64,000 nt of DNA, from NCBI GenBank assembly GCA_965219385.1, contig CBDCNM010000001.1, positions 484,631 through 548,630 of the forward strand, read 5' to 3'. A program made the translations under genes and the position numbers. Positions within the stretch are counted from its first letter, which is position 1; every line of letters starts with the position of its first letter. The notes under the pieces are model-generated. The model had not been told where the DNA came from. It searched no databases and saw nothing but the letters and a program-made list of their open reading frames with translations. Shown in pieces: positions 1-7,551 of the stretch. This DNA is from Candidatus Latescibacterota bacterium. GTDB lineage: Bacteria > Latescibacterota > UBA2968 > UBA8231.

Positions 1-231
1 TCTTGTCACCTCCCGGATCATGGGATCATAGCTTCCAGCGCACAGATCACCGAAAGGACCGTGCAGGGACCGTGGCTGAAGATGGCCCAGAGCTCTTTGC
101 AATTCGGGCACCTTCTCTGGCTCGAGGAAAGACTGGATCTCGATCCCATACCCATTCTGACGACAGATAGCTGCGAGCGTGAGGTCATCGACCGCGATCA
201 TAATTCGATTTGGTTTGGAGCTCGTTGCCAC
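1..231 (-). CDS. Partial (runs off left edge) sugar-phosphate isomerase/epimerase, AP-endonuclease-2 TIM barrel family; probable gene cassette
   Basis: Not in the ORF track. The minus strand from GTG 231 (or ATG 201) reads MIAVDDLTLAAICRQNGYGIEIQSF...SLHGPFGDLCAGSYDPMIREVTR, matching the 'LHxPFxDLxxGSxDPxIR' motif of this family. Starts just after the GTTACCG core at 254-248. Confidence 0.65.
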   Translation of the reverse strand, partial: MATSSKPNRIMIAVDDLTLAAICRQNGYGIEIQSFLEPEKVPELQRALGHLQPRSLHGPFGDLCAGSYDPMIREVTR

Positions 232-247
232 TTCCTAAACTCATTTC

Positions 248-326
248 CGGTAACGTTCAGGGCCTCCGAACCGCGTAGCGGTTGCGCGAAGGGCGCAAGC
301 CCGAAGCCGGGGGCACGGTGTTAGCA
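248..326 (-). mobile_element. attC-like recombination site (79 bp, canonical AAC/GTT core)
   Basis: Minus strand: TGCTAAC-ACCGT-GCCCCCG...branched GC-rich hairpins...CGGAGGC-CCTGAAC-GTTACCG, just downstream of the higA stop. Confidence 0.75.
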
Positions 327-352
327 GACGTTGTCCTTCAAGGGACAGTTAC

Positions 353-658
353 CTATCCCCTCTCCAGGTGCGGCCGCACCTCTCGCTCCAAGCGGTCCGA
401 TAGCTCGTCTTCTGCTACATCCAGTGCATAGTCCATCTGAATGCCCATCCAGAATTGGGGTGACATGTTGAAATAGCGAGCGAGTCTCAGGGCGGTATCA
501 GCCGTAATGCCTCGTTTCCCCAACACGATCTCGTTGATGCGTCGGGGCGGTACGCCGATGGAAAGCGCGAGGTGGTTTTGACTGAGATTCATCGGCTTGA
601 GGAACTCTTCCAACAACACTTCCCCGGGATGAACAGGAGCCAATTTCTGAGCATACAT
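353..658 (-). CDS. higA: HigA family addiction-module antitoxin (HTH XRE)
   Basis: 'PVHPGEVLLEEFLKP...RRINEIVLGKRGITADTALRLARYF...FWMGIQ' signature; downstream of higB. Confidence 0.95.
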   Translation of the reverse strand: MYAQKLAPVHPGEVLLEEFLKPMNLSQNHLALSIGVPPRRINEIVLGKRGITADTALRLARYFNMSPQFWMGIQMDYALDVAEDELSDRLEREVRPHLERG

Positions 659-670
659 AAGTCTATTTCC

Positions 671-948
671 CTAGTGATAGTCTACGATCTCAACGTTGTA
701 GGCATCGCCATTTCGCCAAGTGAAACAGATACGCCATTGGTCGTTGATTCGAAGTACTGGCCGGCCCGCTCGCCACGGAGTTTCTCGAGGCGATTGGCTG
801 GTGGCACCCGAAGATCAGCTAGTGTAGTTGAACGATTGAGCATGCGAAGCTTGCGAACGGCGGTCTGTTGAATATCGCTGGGCAGCTTTCCAGATCGGGT
901 GCGTTGGAATATCCGTTCGGTTTCTCGATCTCTGAAGGATCGTATCAT
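671..948 (-). pseudogene. higB: HigB (RelE/ParE family) toxin, frameshifted near 752
   Basis: MIRSFRDRETERIF...PPANRLEKLRGERAGQY, then the canonical RINDQWRICFTWRNGDAYNVEIVDYH* continues in another frame to TAG at 673-671. About 4 nt encoding 'SI' are missing. Confidence 0.88.
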
Positions 949-958
949 GAGTACAATA

Positions 959-991
959 TATAACGCTTGTCATTAAACGACAAGCATTATA
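959..991 (-). promoter_or_regulatory. higBA promoter -10 (TATAAT) within a 13-bp inverted repeat; probable HigA operator
   Basis: TATAACGCTTGTC-N7-GACAAGCATTATA (1 mismatch), about 10 nt upstream of the higB ATG. Confidence 0.7.
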
Positions 992-1189
992 CTGGACGAA
1001 AATACAGCCTGTGTCGAACAATGTCTGCTAACTATCTGATATGGGATTTTAGCTACTCCATAAACCGAAACTAATGAGGAATTGAGTAGTGCTGAATCAC
1101 CGACTTTCAGCGCGCCACTGTTTGGCTAACCAAAGCAGACGCGATTGCCAACGTTACTGTTGATATGCCTACTCCAACGATTGTTCAGC

Positions 1190-2239
1190 TTAATGTACCG
1201 GTTGGCTTCGAAATCCTAAAACGAAGCTGCTGGTGCAGTACGGGACGTTACCAGACTGGAACAGGCTGCTTTCAAAGCATTCATATTTGAAGTAGCCTCT
1301 ATTCAATTCCATCATGCGCTGAATAATACCCATCCCTACACCTTTCCCTCCGTATCCAAGCTCCTGCGCGTAATGACCTCTGACGCCGGCTTTTGTCAAT
1401 TCTGCCTTGCGACCATTGTCAAAAGCCAGGCTGGTCATTTCGAATTGCATCTCCACGAAATCGGGTGAAATAACACCAAATGTCACTTGGATTGCGGTAT
1501 CCGGCTTGCAGTATTTGAGGCAATTGTCAAACAGTTGCGATATTGCTGTCCTTGCGGTCGCAAAATTTACGAAACAATATTCGGTGGATGTACCGATATT
1601 AACACGCAATTTGCGAGTTCGGAATTCCTGCTCATAGAGGTAGTAACTCATCAGGCAGACCGTATGCACGCGGTGGCGTTGGAAGTCACTACGATGGAGG
1701 TTGACCGTTGGGGCGACAAAGTCAATCACGCTGTATTCGGACATTATCTGCCCTGTCGATTGCAGGACATTTAAAATCTCACTAGCAAAGTTTCGAGGAT
1801 TTTCAGTGAGTTTGTCTCGTATGTACTCAACCTTGTCTGCAGATGAAGATAGATCATGTTCCGAAATTAGCGAGAGCAGCTTGTTGTTGATTTCGGCGTT
1901 GAGGTTTCGCGTGTTGTGGACCGCCAGTTCGGTAGCATCGTGTTCGAGCGAGCTGCGCGTAGCAGCTATGGCTAGCGAGGCTTCGTAGCCGCGTAGTGCC
2001 AAGTTGGCAAAATAGTTCGCTTGCTTTCTCGTCTTCGCCTCTTTGAGACAGAAGCAGTACCATCTATTGGTGTCTTGATCAAACCTAGAAAGACTGTACC
2101 GACCATTCTTGCACAGGCCGTTGTCTGGTTTTCCGTTAGCTGGTGGTTGAAGACATTTATCGCACGCCGGTCGGTGACCCGTCTCCTCATGTCGGAACAC
2201 GTAGTTACCACTGTGGCCATCATAGCATGCGAATCTCAT
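1190..2239 (-). CDS. Soluble histidine kinase-like HATPase_c protein with Cys-rich N-terminus
   Basis: Likely start ATG 2239 (ATGA overlap with the receiver stop). H-box-like AVHNTRN, N-box SQLFDNCLKY, G2 box GGKGVGMGII; G1 box atypical; no TM segment. Confidence 0.75.
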   Translation of the reverse strand: MRFACYDGHSGNYVFRHEETGHRPACDKCLQPPANGKPDNGLCKNGRYSLSRFDQDTNRWYCFCLKEAKTRKQANYFANLALRGYEASLAIAATRSSLEHDATELAVHNTRNLNAEINNKLLSLISEHDLSSSADKVEYIRDKLTENPRNFASEILNVLQSTGQIMSEYSVIDFVAPTVNLHRSDFQRHRVHTVCLMSYYLYEQEFRTRKLRVNIGTSTEYCFVNFATARTAISQLFDNCLKYCKPDTAIQVTFGVISPDFVEMQFEMTSLAFDNGRKAELTKAGVRGHYAQELGYGGKGVGMGIIQRMMELNRGYFKYECFESSLFQSGNVPYCTSSFVLGFRSQPVH

Positions 2240-2877
2240 AGGGAAGTGACATAGGTGGCTAATTGCGTCATTTTGGACGCAACGTCCAATCCAACCAATG
2301 CGAATTTGGCAACCCGTTGGGTGTCGAGTTCTCCGCTTCGCTGGATGCACTTGCGGAATTGCTTTTCGAATTCCTGAATGCTCATCTCTTTGCCCATGTT
2401 TACCTTATACCGCTGATATATGGCTTCCACGCAGTGTTGCCAGTCAAATGCTTGAAGCGCAAGTTGCTCAACTGTTCTAATGAACTGATATGGTTGTCCG
2501 TCCTTGTAAACACGTGCGTCGACAAGATCGATGGCCTCATCAAAAATGTCGTGCTCGCGGACGGAAGAATAAAGTAAAACCCTTTTGTTCGGATAGTGGT
2601 CTTTTAAGCCTTCCACTAAGCCCATCCCATCAGGATATCTGAGTTTTTTGCCGACACCAACAATGTCGAGACAAAGGATGTGGGAATCCAACAGTTCCGT
2701 GTTATCGAATTTGTCCAGGTCGGAGAGGTAGCGTACGCGCCAGCCTTCGTTAGCCAGGTCCTGCACAAGCTGAGGTTTTCGATCATCAATGACCAAAATC
2801 CGTGCCAACTGCTTTACTGCAGACACCGATCGTGGCGCAGTTACTCTTTTTTGATGCCGATTGAATATTGAAAACAT
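2236..2877 (-). CDS. Response regulator receiver protein with uncharacterised short C-terminal domain
   Basis: RILVIDD, phospho-acceptor LCLDIVG, LLYSS and VYK receiver residues present; no recognisable HTH output domain. Confidence 0.8.
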   Translation of the reverse strand: MFSIFNRHQKRVTAPRSVSAVKQLARILVIDDRKPQLVQDLANEGWRVRYLSDLDKFDNTELLDSHILCLDIVGVGKKLRYPDGMGLVEGLKDHYPNKRVLLYSSVREHDIFDEAIDLVDARVYKDGQPYQFIRTVEQLALQAFDWQHCVEAIYQRYKVNMGKEMSIQEFEKQFRKCIQRSGELDTQRVAKFALVGLDVASKMTQLATYVTSL

Positions 2878-2985
2878 GTGCGTTCTCTCATAGAATCATA
2901 CTATCAATTGAGCTGCGAATTACGGTATATTTTCTTCTATTCTGGAAATATATCTCAAAGATATTGATTCTTCCTTTCCCATTTC

Positions 2986-3076
2986 AGATATCGTTCTCAC
3001 AATTCACGAAGTCGCGAAAGCGACTTGCCGAAGGCCAAGCGCCGAATGGCGCGCAGCGTGAATTGCTGTGATATAT
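2986..3076 (-). mobile_element. attC-like site (91 bp) with non-canonical ATC/GAT core triplets
   Basis: Minus strand ATATATC-ACAGC-AATTCACG...CGTGAATT-GTGAGAAC-GATATCT. Internal branches (CGAA-stem-TTGC..CGAAGG..CAAGC..CCGAA on +) align with the element at 248-326. Confidence 0.7.
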
Positions 3077-3173
3077 GACGTGGGTATGATTGCTCCAAGG
3101 CTGATCAACGCAGAGAGGTAGCGACGCGAGAGTGCGTTAGCGTGCATGGCTTTGCAACAGTGTCGCTTCCACG

Positions 3174-3662
3174 TCACCACGTGGTGGGAATAGGCAGCAA
3201 CAGATCTCCTTGAATTGGCACAAATCGCGTCGACGATTCGATTAGACGACTAGCAGTTAGTCCTGGGACACCGTACACCTCGACGGACTTGGATTCCTTG
3301 ATTAGCTTGTCAATTGCAGGCGCGTAGTCTCCGTCACCTGAAGCCAGGACAGCGACATCCACGCGATCTGCGTACTCCAACATATCGACCGTAATGCCCA
3401 CGTCCCAGTCCCCTTTGGCTGAGCCGTCAGCTCTCTGAATATAAGGCGCGAGCTTTACCTCAAAACCGAGCCGTTTCAGAATTTGCTGAAATTGGGCCTG
3501 CTTTCTGTCGCCTTTGTCAATAGCATAGGCTACTGCCTTCACCAGTTTCCGGCCGGCTGTCGCCTCCCTGAGGAAAGAACCATAGTCGAAATGGCAATTA
3601 TGTTGCTGCTTAATTGTGTAGTAAACATTCTGTACATCTGCGAATACGGCTACGCGATCCAC
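3174..3662 (-). CDS. NYN domain (LabA/DUF88, PIN-like) protein; gene cassette
   Basis: VFADVQN, KGDWDVGITVD and LASGDGDY acidic motifs. Confidence 0.92.
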   Translation of the reverse strand: MDRVAVFADVQNVYYTIKQQHNCHFDYGSFLREATAGRKLVKAVAYAIDKGDRKQAQFQQILKRLGFEVKLAPYIQRADGSAKGDWDVGITVDMLEYADRVDVAVLASGDGDYAPAIDKLIKESKSVEVYGVPGLTASRLIESSTRFVPIQGDLLLPIPTTW

Positions 3663-3751
3663 GTCAGTTTTTCTCCAGCGCCTGCAGGCTCCTGATTTCT
3701 ACCGTGCCAGCTTTGCCTCTGTCGAATTTCACTGGTACTGTGACAACCCAT

Positions 3752-3815
3752 GTCATATATCTACTTATATCCGAACAATTGGTTCGGGTAATGGTAGTTA
3801 TACGCCACTTATACG
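3752..3815 (-). mobile_element. attI-like site at the head of the array
   Basis: Core G|ATATATGAC (3761-3752). Related 10-mers TACTTATATC 3762, TAGTTATACG 3795 and CACTTATACG 3806 are spaced 33 and 11 bp. CCGAAC-N5-GTTCGG palindrome at 3771-3787. Confidence 0.55.
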
Positions 3816-4007
3816 AAACAAAGGTACGTATTTTTGTGGATAGTCGCAATCGCTACGGGGCGGGAGAATTGGGCATAAGTGCGCACAGAATGTTGAGATA
3901 GCAGGATTCGTTCGGATTGGGGTGCCAGGTAGTCCAGTAGAACGCTAAAAAGCAAAAGCTGGCGTGAAATTGGTCTATTGGGACGGAGATTTTAAAAAGG
4001 CTTCTTC

Positions 4008-4721
4008 TCAAGCATTCAGTTTGGTCGCCAGTTCGTGGAAGTCGGCGGCCTCCAGGTCGAAGGAGGGATCGGCTATGAGATCGGGGTCCCCCTCAGGGCC
4101 GAACTCCAGGGGGCGGGGGACGAAGATAGTTTTGAAGCCGACGGCCTGAGCCCCGCGCAGGTCGTGAATATGGGCTGCGACCATGGCGATCTGGTCCGGG
4201 GCCAGACCGAGCAATTCGGCGGCTGTCTGGTAGACTTCGGGGTCGGGCTTGTAGTGGCGCGCCAGTTCGGCGGACAGGATGCAGTCCCACGGCAGGCGGG
4301 CGTGTTTGGCCATGTTGGTCAGCAGGGCCATATTGCCGTTGGACAGGGCCGCGACCACGAATGTGCGGCGCAGGCGCTCCAGCCCCTTTATGGCATCCGG
4401 CCAGGGTTGGAGACGGTGCCACACCCGGTTCAGGTCTTCCTTTGCGGCTGCGCTCAAGCCGTCGATGTGAAATTCGTCCAGGAGCTGGTCGAGGATCAGG
4501 CGGTGGAGCCCGTCGATGGGGGTCCAGGGCAGATCCCCGCGGCGCACCCGGTCCATGGCCGGCTCGTACCCGCGGCGCCAGGCATCGGCGAATTCGGCCC
4601 AGTCCACCCGGATGCCTCTGGCGCGGCCGAGTTGTTCGCCGACGCGCACGATGCTGGAGCGCCAGTCCACGACCGTGCCGAAGACATCGAAGGTGAGGGC
4701 TTTGATGGCGGATAGATCCAT
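4008..4721 (-). CDS. Haloacid dehalogenase type II (HAD superfamily)
   Basis: ALTFDVFGTVVDW, ALSNGN, YKPDPEVY, MVAAH. True start ATG 4721, directly after the GH127 stop; the ORF-track N-extension is spurious. Confidence 0.92.
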   Translation of the reverse strand: MDLSAIKALTFDVFGTVVDWRSSIVRVGEQLGRARGIRVDWAEFADAWRRGYEPAMDRVRRGDLPWTPIDGLHRLILDQLLDEFHIDGLSAAAKEDLNRVWHRLQPWPDAIKGLERLRRTFVVAALSNGNMALLTNMAKHARLPWDCILSAELARHYKPDPEVYQTAAELLGLAPDQIAMVAAHIHDLRGAQAVGFKTIFVPRPLEFGPEGDPDLIADPSFDLEAADFHELATKLNA

Positions 4722-4723
4722 GG

Positions 4724-6568
4724 CTATTGCGACCGGCCGCTGCGCAGGGGATTGTGCGGCGCAAAAGGGGTCTTGTCGATGTTTTCGAGCTTGAGCCAGG
4801 AACGATAGGGTGACCCTGCTTCGCCGGCACTGGCAAAATCGCACAGCCGCAGCTTGCGCCCATCGCCTGCCGTGTATTCCAGCACCACCATGGTGGGCAG
4901 ATCGTCTCCGCCAGGCACGAGCCGGTCCTTCAGGGCGCGGGCGTCGAGGATTGGAAGGTCGGCCAGATCCATGTCGTTGAGGCGGCGGTCGTAGGTCAGC
5001 AGAATGGGGCCGCGGTACAGGGAGGTCTTGCCGCGGCACTCTTTTTCGCCCACCCAGAAATGCGGCGACATATCCAGGTCGAGTTCCACCTTGTCGCCGC
5101 GTTTCCACCTGCGCTCCAACTCCAGGTAGGAACCGGATTCCACCCCGCAGATGCTTTTGCCGTTTACCTTTACTCTGGTTCGGGCGGACCAGTAGGGGAT
5201 GCGCAATTTTAGGGTGAATGGGGCGGCGCGCGTGGGAGAGACCCTGATTTCGATCCGGCCCCGGCGGGGGTACTCGGTGTCCTGCGCCAGCTCGACATCG
5301 AGTCCGGGAGCGAGCCGGGTCTTCGCGCTGCCGGGACCGTACCAGTTGAGCGCCAAGCCTTCCGGGCAGCGCATCAGGGCCCAGTCGCCGATTATCCCCA
5401 GGCCTCGCGGACCATTGACGCTGCAGCAGTTCAGTTCGGGGGTGCCTTCGCGCGCCTGGAAGACAATGTCGTGGGCACTGGCCTTGCGCACCCCGTCCAT
5501 GGGGGTGTTGTAGGTCACCCAGCGACCGGTGTGGGAGTGCAGGCCGAGCGCCGAGTTGAGGGTGGACAGCTCGATTTCGTCGGCGACTACGGAATTTCCC
5601 GTGAGCCGCAGCATTTCCACGCTGAGGGCGATCCAGGCCACGGTACAACAGGTCTCGATGGCGCCCGGGTGGTAGGGATTGCCCTGGGCCCGTTCCCCGG
5701 AGGTGAAGCCGCCGTTGTTGTGGCGGTCGAGTTTGACAATGCTCCACCAGATGTGCTCGAAGGCCCTGCGGTAGTCTTCCTCGCCGGTGATCCAGTAGAG
5801 TTCCACCAGCCCCATGATGGGGTGCAGGCTTTCCCAGCGGGGCTTGGGGGTCTGGTAAAATTCCTCTCCGGCCAGTGCGGTTCTCAGGTAGTCGCCGGCC
5901 AGGGGGCCCTCCGGACTCTGGCCGGCGAATTCATCAACGATTTGCAGGGCCATGTCGAGGTAGGGCCGGGTCCGGGTTTTGCGGTAGAGGAGGCAGAGGG
6001 AGTGGATCACGGCCAGGTTCATTTCGGTACTGCCGGTGTCCACCAGGCGCCGCCGTTTTTTACCCAGGTATTTGGCGCAGATGAGATCCGCTATGCCGAT
6101 GGCGGATTCGAGCGCCTTTTTGTCGGAGGTCTCCTCGTGCCACAGCATCAGGCCCAGCATGATGTGGTAGTGTCCCCAGGAATCCCAGGTAGGGCCGCCT
6201 TTCCCCGAAGTATTGGCGGCCTTGTTGGCGAGCCGGTACTTGCGGGGCCAGGGGCCCAAGTACCCGTCGTCGGCCTGGAGCTGGACCAGGCGGTCGACGA
6301 AATTGCGGAGGTATTGCTTCAGGTGAGGATCTCGGATGAGGCGCAGGATCTGCACGGCGCTGGTGAGGTACTTGCCGGCGAACTCCCCGGCCCAGGGCAC
6401 CATATTGCGCCGGGGCAGCCGATCCCGGTCGTGGAACATTTCCAGCATGGCCGGGTTGGCACTGGGAGCCACCTTGAGCCACTGTTCGGTCACCCCGGCC
6501 AGATAGTCGGCTACGGGGCCTTTGAGCCGGTAGGTGGTCCGGGGGATGCGATTGAGCACAGGTTTCAT
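4724..6568 (-). CDS. Glycoside hydrolase family 127 (beta-L-arabinofuranosidase-like, DUF1680)
   Basis: GEFAGKYL, QADDGYLG, IETCC, NCCSVNGPRG, TEYP, LRIPYW, LYRGPILL; ATG 6568 with AGGGAG RBS. Confidence 0.88.
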   Translation of the reverse strand: MKPVLNRIPRTTYRLKGPVADYLAGVTEQWLKVAPSANPAMLEMFHDRDRLPRRNMVPWAGEFAGKYLTSAVQILRLIRDPHLKQYLRNFVDRLVQLQADDGYLGPWPRKYRLANKAANTSGKGGPTWDSWGHYHIMLGLMLWHEETSDKKALESAIGIADLICAKYLGKKRRRLVDTGSTEMNLAVIHSLCLLYRKTRTRPYLDMALQIVDEFAGQSPEGPLAGDYLRTALAGEEFYQTPKPRWESLHPIMGLVELYWITGEEDYRRAFEHIWWSIVKLDRHNNGGFTSGERAQGNPYHPGAIETCCTVAWIALSVEMLRLTGNSVVADEIELSTLNSALGLHSHTGRWVTYNTPMDGVRKASAHDIVFQAREGTPELNCCSVNGPRGLGIIGDWALMRCPEGLALNWYGPGSAKTRLAPGLDVELAQDTEYPRRGRIEIRVSPTRAAPFTLKLRIPYWSARTRVKVNGKSICGVESGSYLELERRWKRGDKVELDLDMSPHFWVGEKECRGKTSLYRGPILLTYDRRLNDMDLADLPILDARALKDRLVPGGDDLPTMVVLEYTAGDGRKLRLCDFASAGEAGSPYRSWLKLENIDKTPFAPHNPLRSGRSQ

Positions 6569-6599
6569 TGTCGTCTCCCTTGCATCATTATGTGATTGT

Positions 6600-7271
6600 T
6601 TAAAGTGTATGGATTTCCCAGTCCCGGCGCAACCGGATGAAAGAGATGGTAGCCTTTTCCCCGGCGCCCCTGCCGTAGTAATGCCATTTGGGAAAATTGA
6701 AATCAGAGGTGATGGACCTGGGCGAAAGCAATACGGCCTGTAAAAACGACTCCAGATCGGGGACATTGTAGAGGTTGATTTCAAACCCCCACTGATCGAT
6801 CTGGTCGAAAACAGGGCGCCCGTTCAGGGTCTGCCAGTCGATGGAAAACCGGTTGATACCCCAGGACGCGAAAAGGTCGAGTATTTCTTTGGCTTTCTGG
6901 GGCACGCCGCAAATCAGCGGCGCCAGAAAGTCTATGGACGTCTGGATAATGGCGCGCGGGCGAGCAGGGGCCAGATCCCTGAAGTCCCGCTCCTGGAGCC
7001 GTTCCACGTTGCCGTTGAACCACATCCAGGTGGAAGGAGGAACCTTCAGGGCTTCCAGGAGGATGTCCACTTCGTTTTCGTGCACTCCGATCCCCGAGAC
7101 TTCGAGTCTGTGGAAGTAGTAGGTGTTGTGGGTTTTGTCGAAATCCTGCAAGACCGCGAGCATCATGCAACGCATGTCCAGAATCGTGCTGTCGATATCG
7201 AAGAGGATCAGCAGGCGGTCCTCGGGATACAACTGGCGGGTATTCTCGTAGTGATCGGCAAGTGCGGCCAT
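6600..7271 (-). pseudogene. HAD-family hydrolase remnant, probably internally deleted
   Basis: LLILFDIDSTILD (HAD motif I-like) N-terminus joined near 7030 to a WMWFNG...SITSDFNFPKWHYYGRG C-terminus; other HAD motifs absent. Confidence 0.5.
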
Positions 7272-7275
7272 CCAG

Positions 7276-7551
7276 CTAGGTCCCGGCGCGGCGCACCCCG
7301 CTGACCAGGGTGGCCACCTCGCGGCCGAGGATGTCGTAGAGCTTGAGCTCCACCCGGGAGCGGAATTGAGCGAGGCTCTGCCGAGGATGATGACCCCGTC
7401 CCACAAGCCGCGGGCATCGAGGGGCAGATCGCTCCGGTCCTCGACATTGTCGGCTTCGGCCGTGAAGATGATGGGATCCTGAGCCGTGCCCCGGGCGAAG
7501 ATCTTGCCGCCGCGCGCCACGATCAGGGCCGAGGCATTCTCGCCCTGACCC
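7276..7551 (-). pseudogene. Remnant of a secreted beta-helix-type protein with T9SS/FlgD-like C-terminal domain (two fused fragments)
   Basis: GQGENASALIVARGGKIFARGTAQDPIIFT...RGLWDGVIILG fragment, then in a shifted frame RVELKLYDILGREVATLVSGVRRAGT*, typical of sorting-domain C-termini. Confidence 0.65.

Larger units (their letters stand above)
1..3815 (-). mobile_element. Integron-like gene cassette array lacking an adjacent integrase (attI-like site plus at least 4 cassettes, continues off the left edge)
   Basis: Co-oriented AT-richer genes separated by attC-like hairpins. The higBA and NYN units are each bracketed by perfect 10-bp inverted core repeats (320-329/1023-1032 and 3070-3079/3752-3761). 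No tyrosine recombinase ORF in the window. Confidence 0.75.

Noticed and set aside
61..324. 87-aa plus-strand ORF
   Set aside because: Antisense to the TIM-barrel gene and runs through the attC-like site.
1146..1189. 44-bp mini attC as a firm feature
   Set aside because: Shorter than typical attC sites, 4-nt left spacer, and its R'' does not match the cassette's start core; kept only as a tentative finding.
4722..5747. Long N-terminal extension of the 579-aa ORF
   Set aside because: Arg/Pro-rich off-frame translation overlapping GH127; HAD homology starts at ATG 4721.
6600..7520. 306-aa ORF as a genuine novel protein
   Set aside because: Chimera of fragments; the middle segment is the off-frame reading of a sorting-domain remnant.
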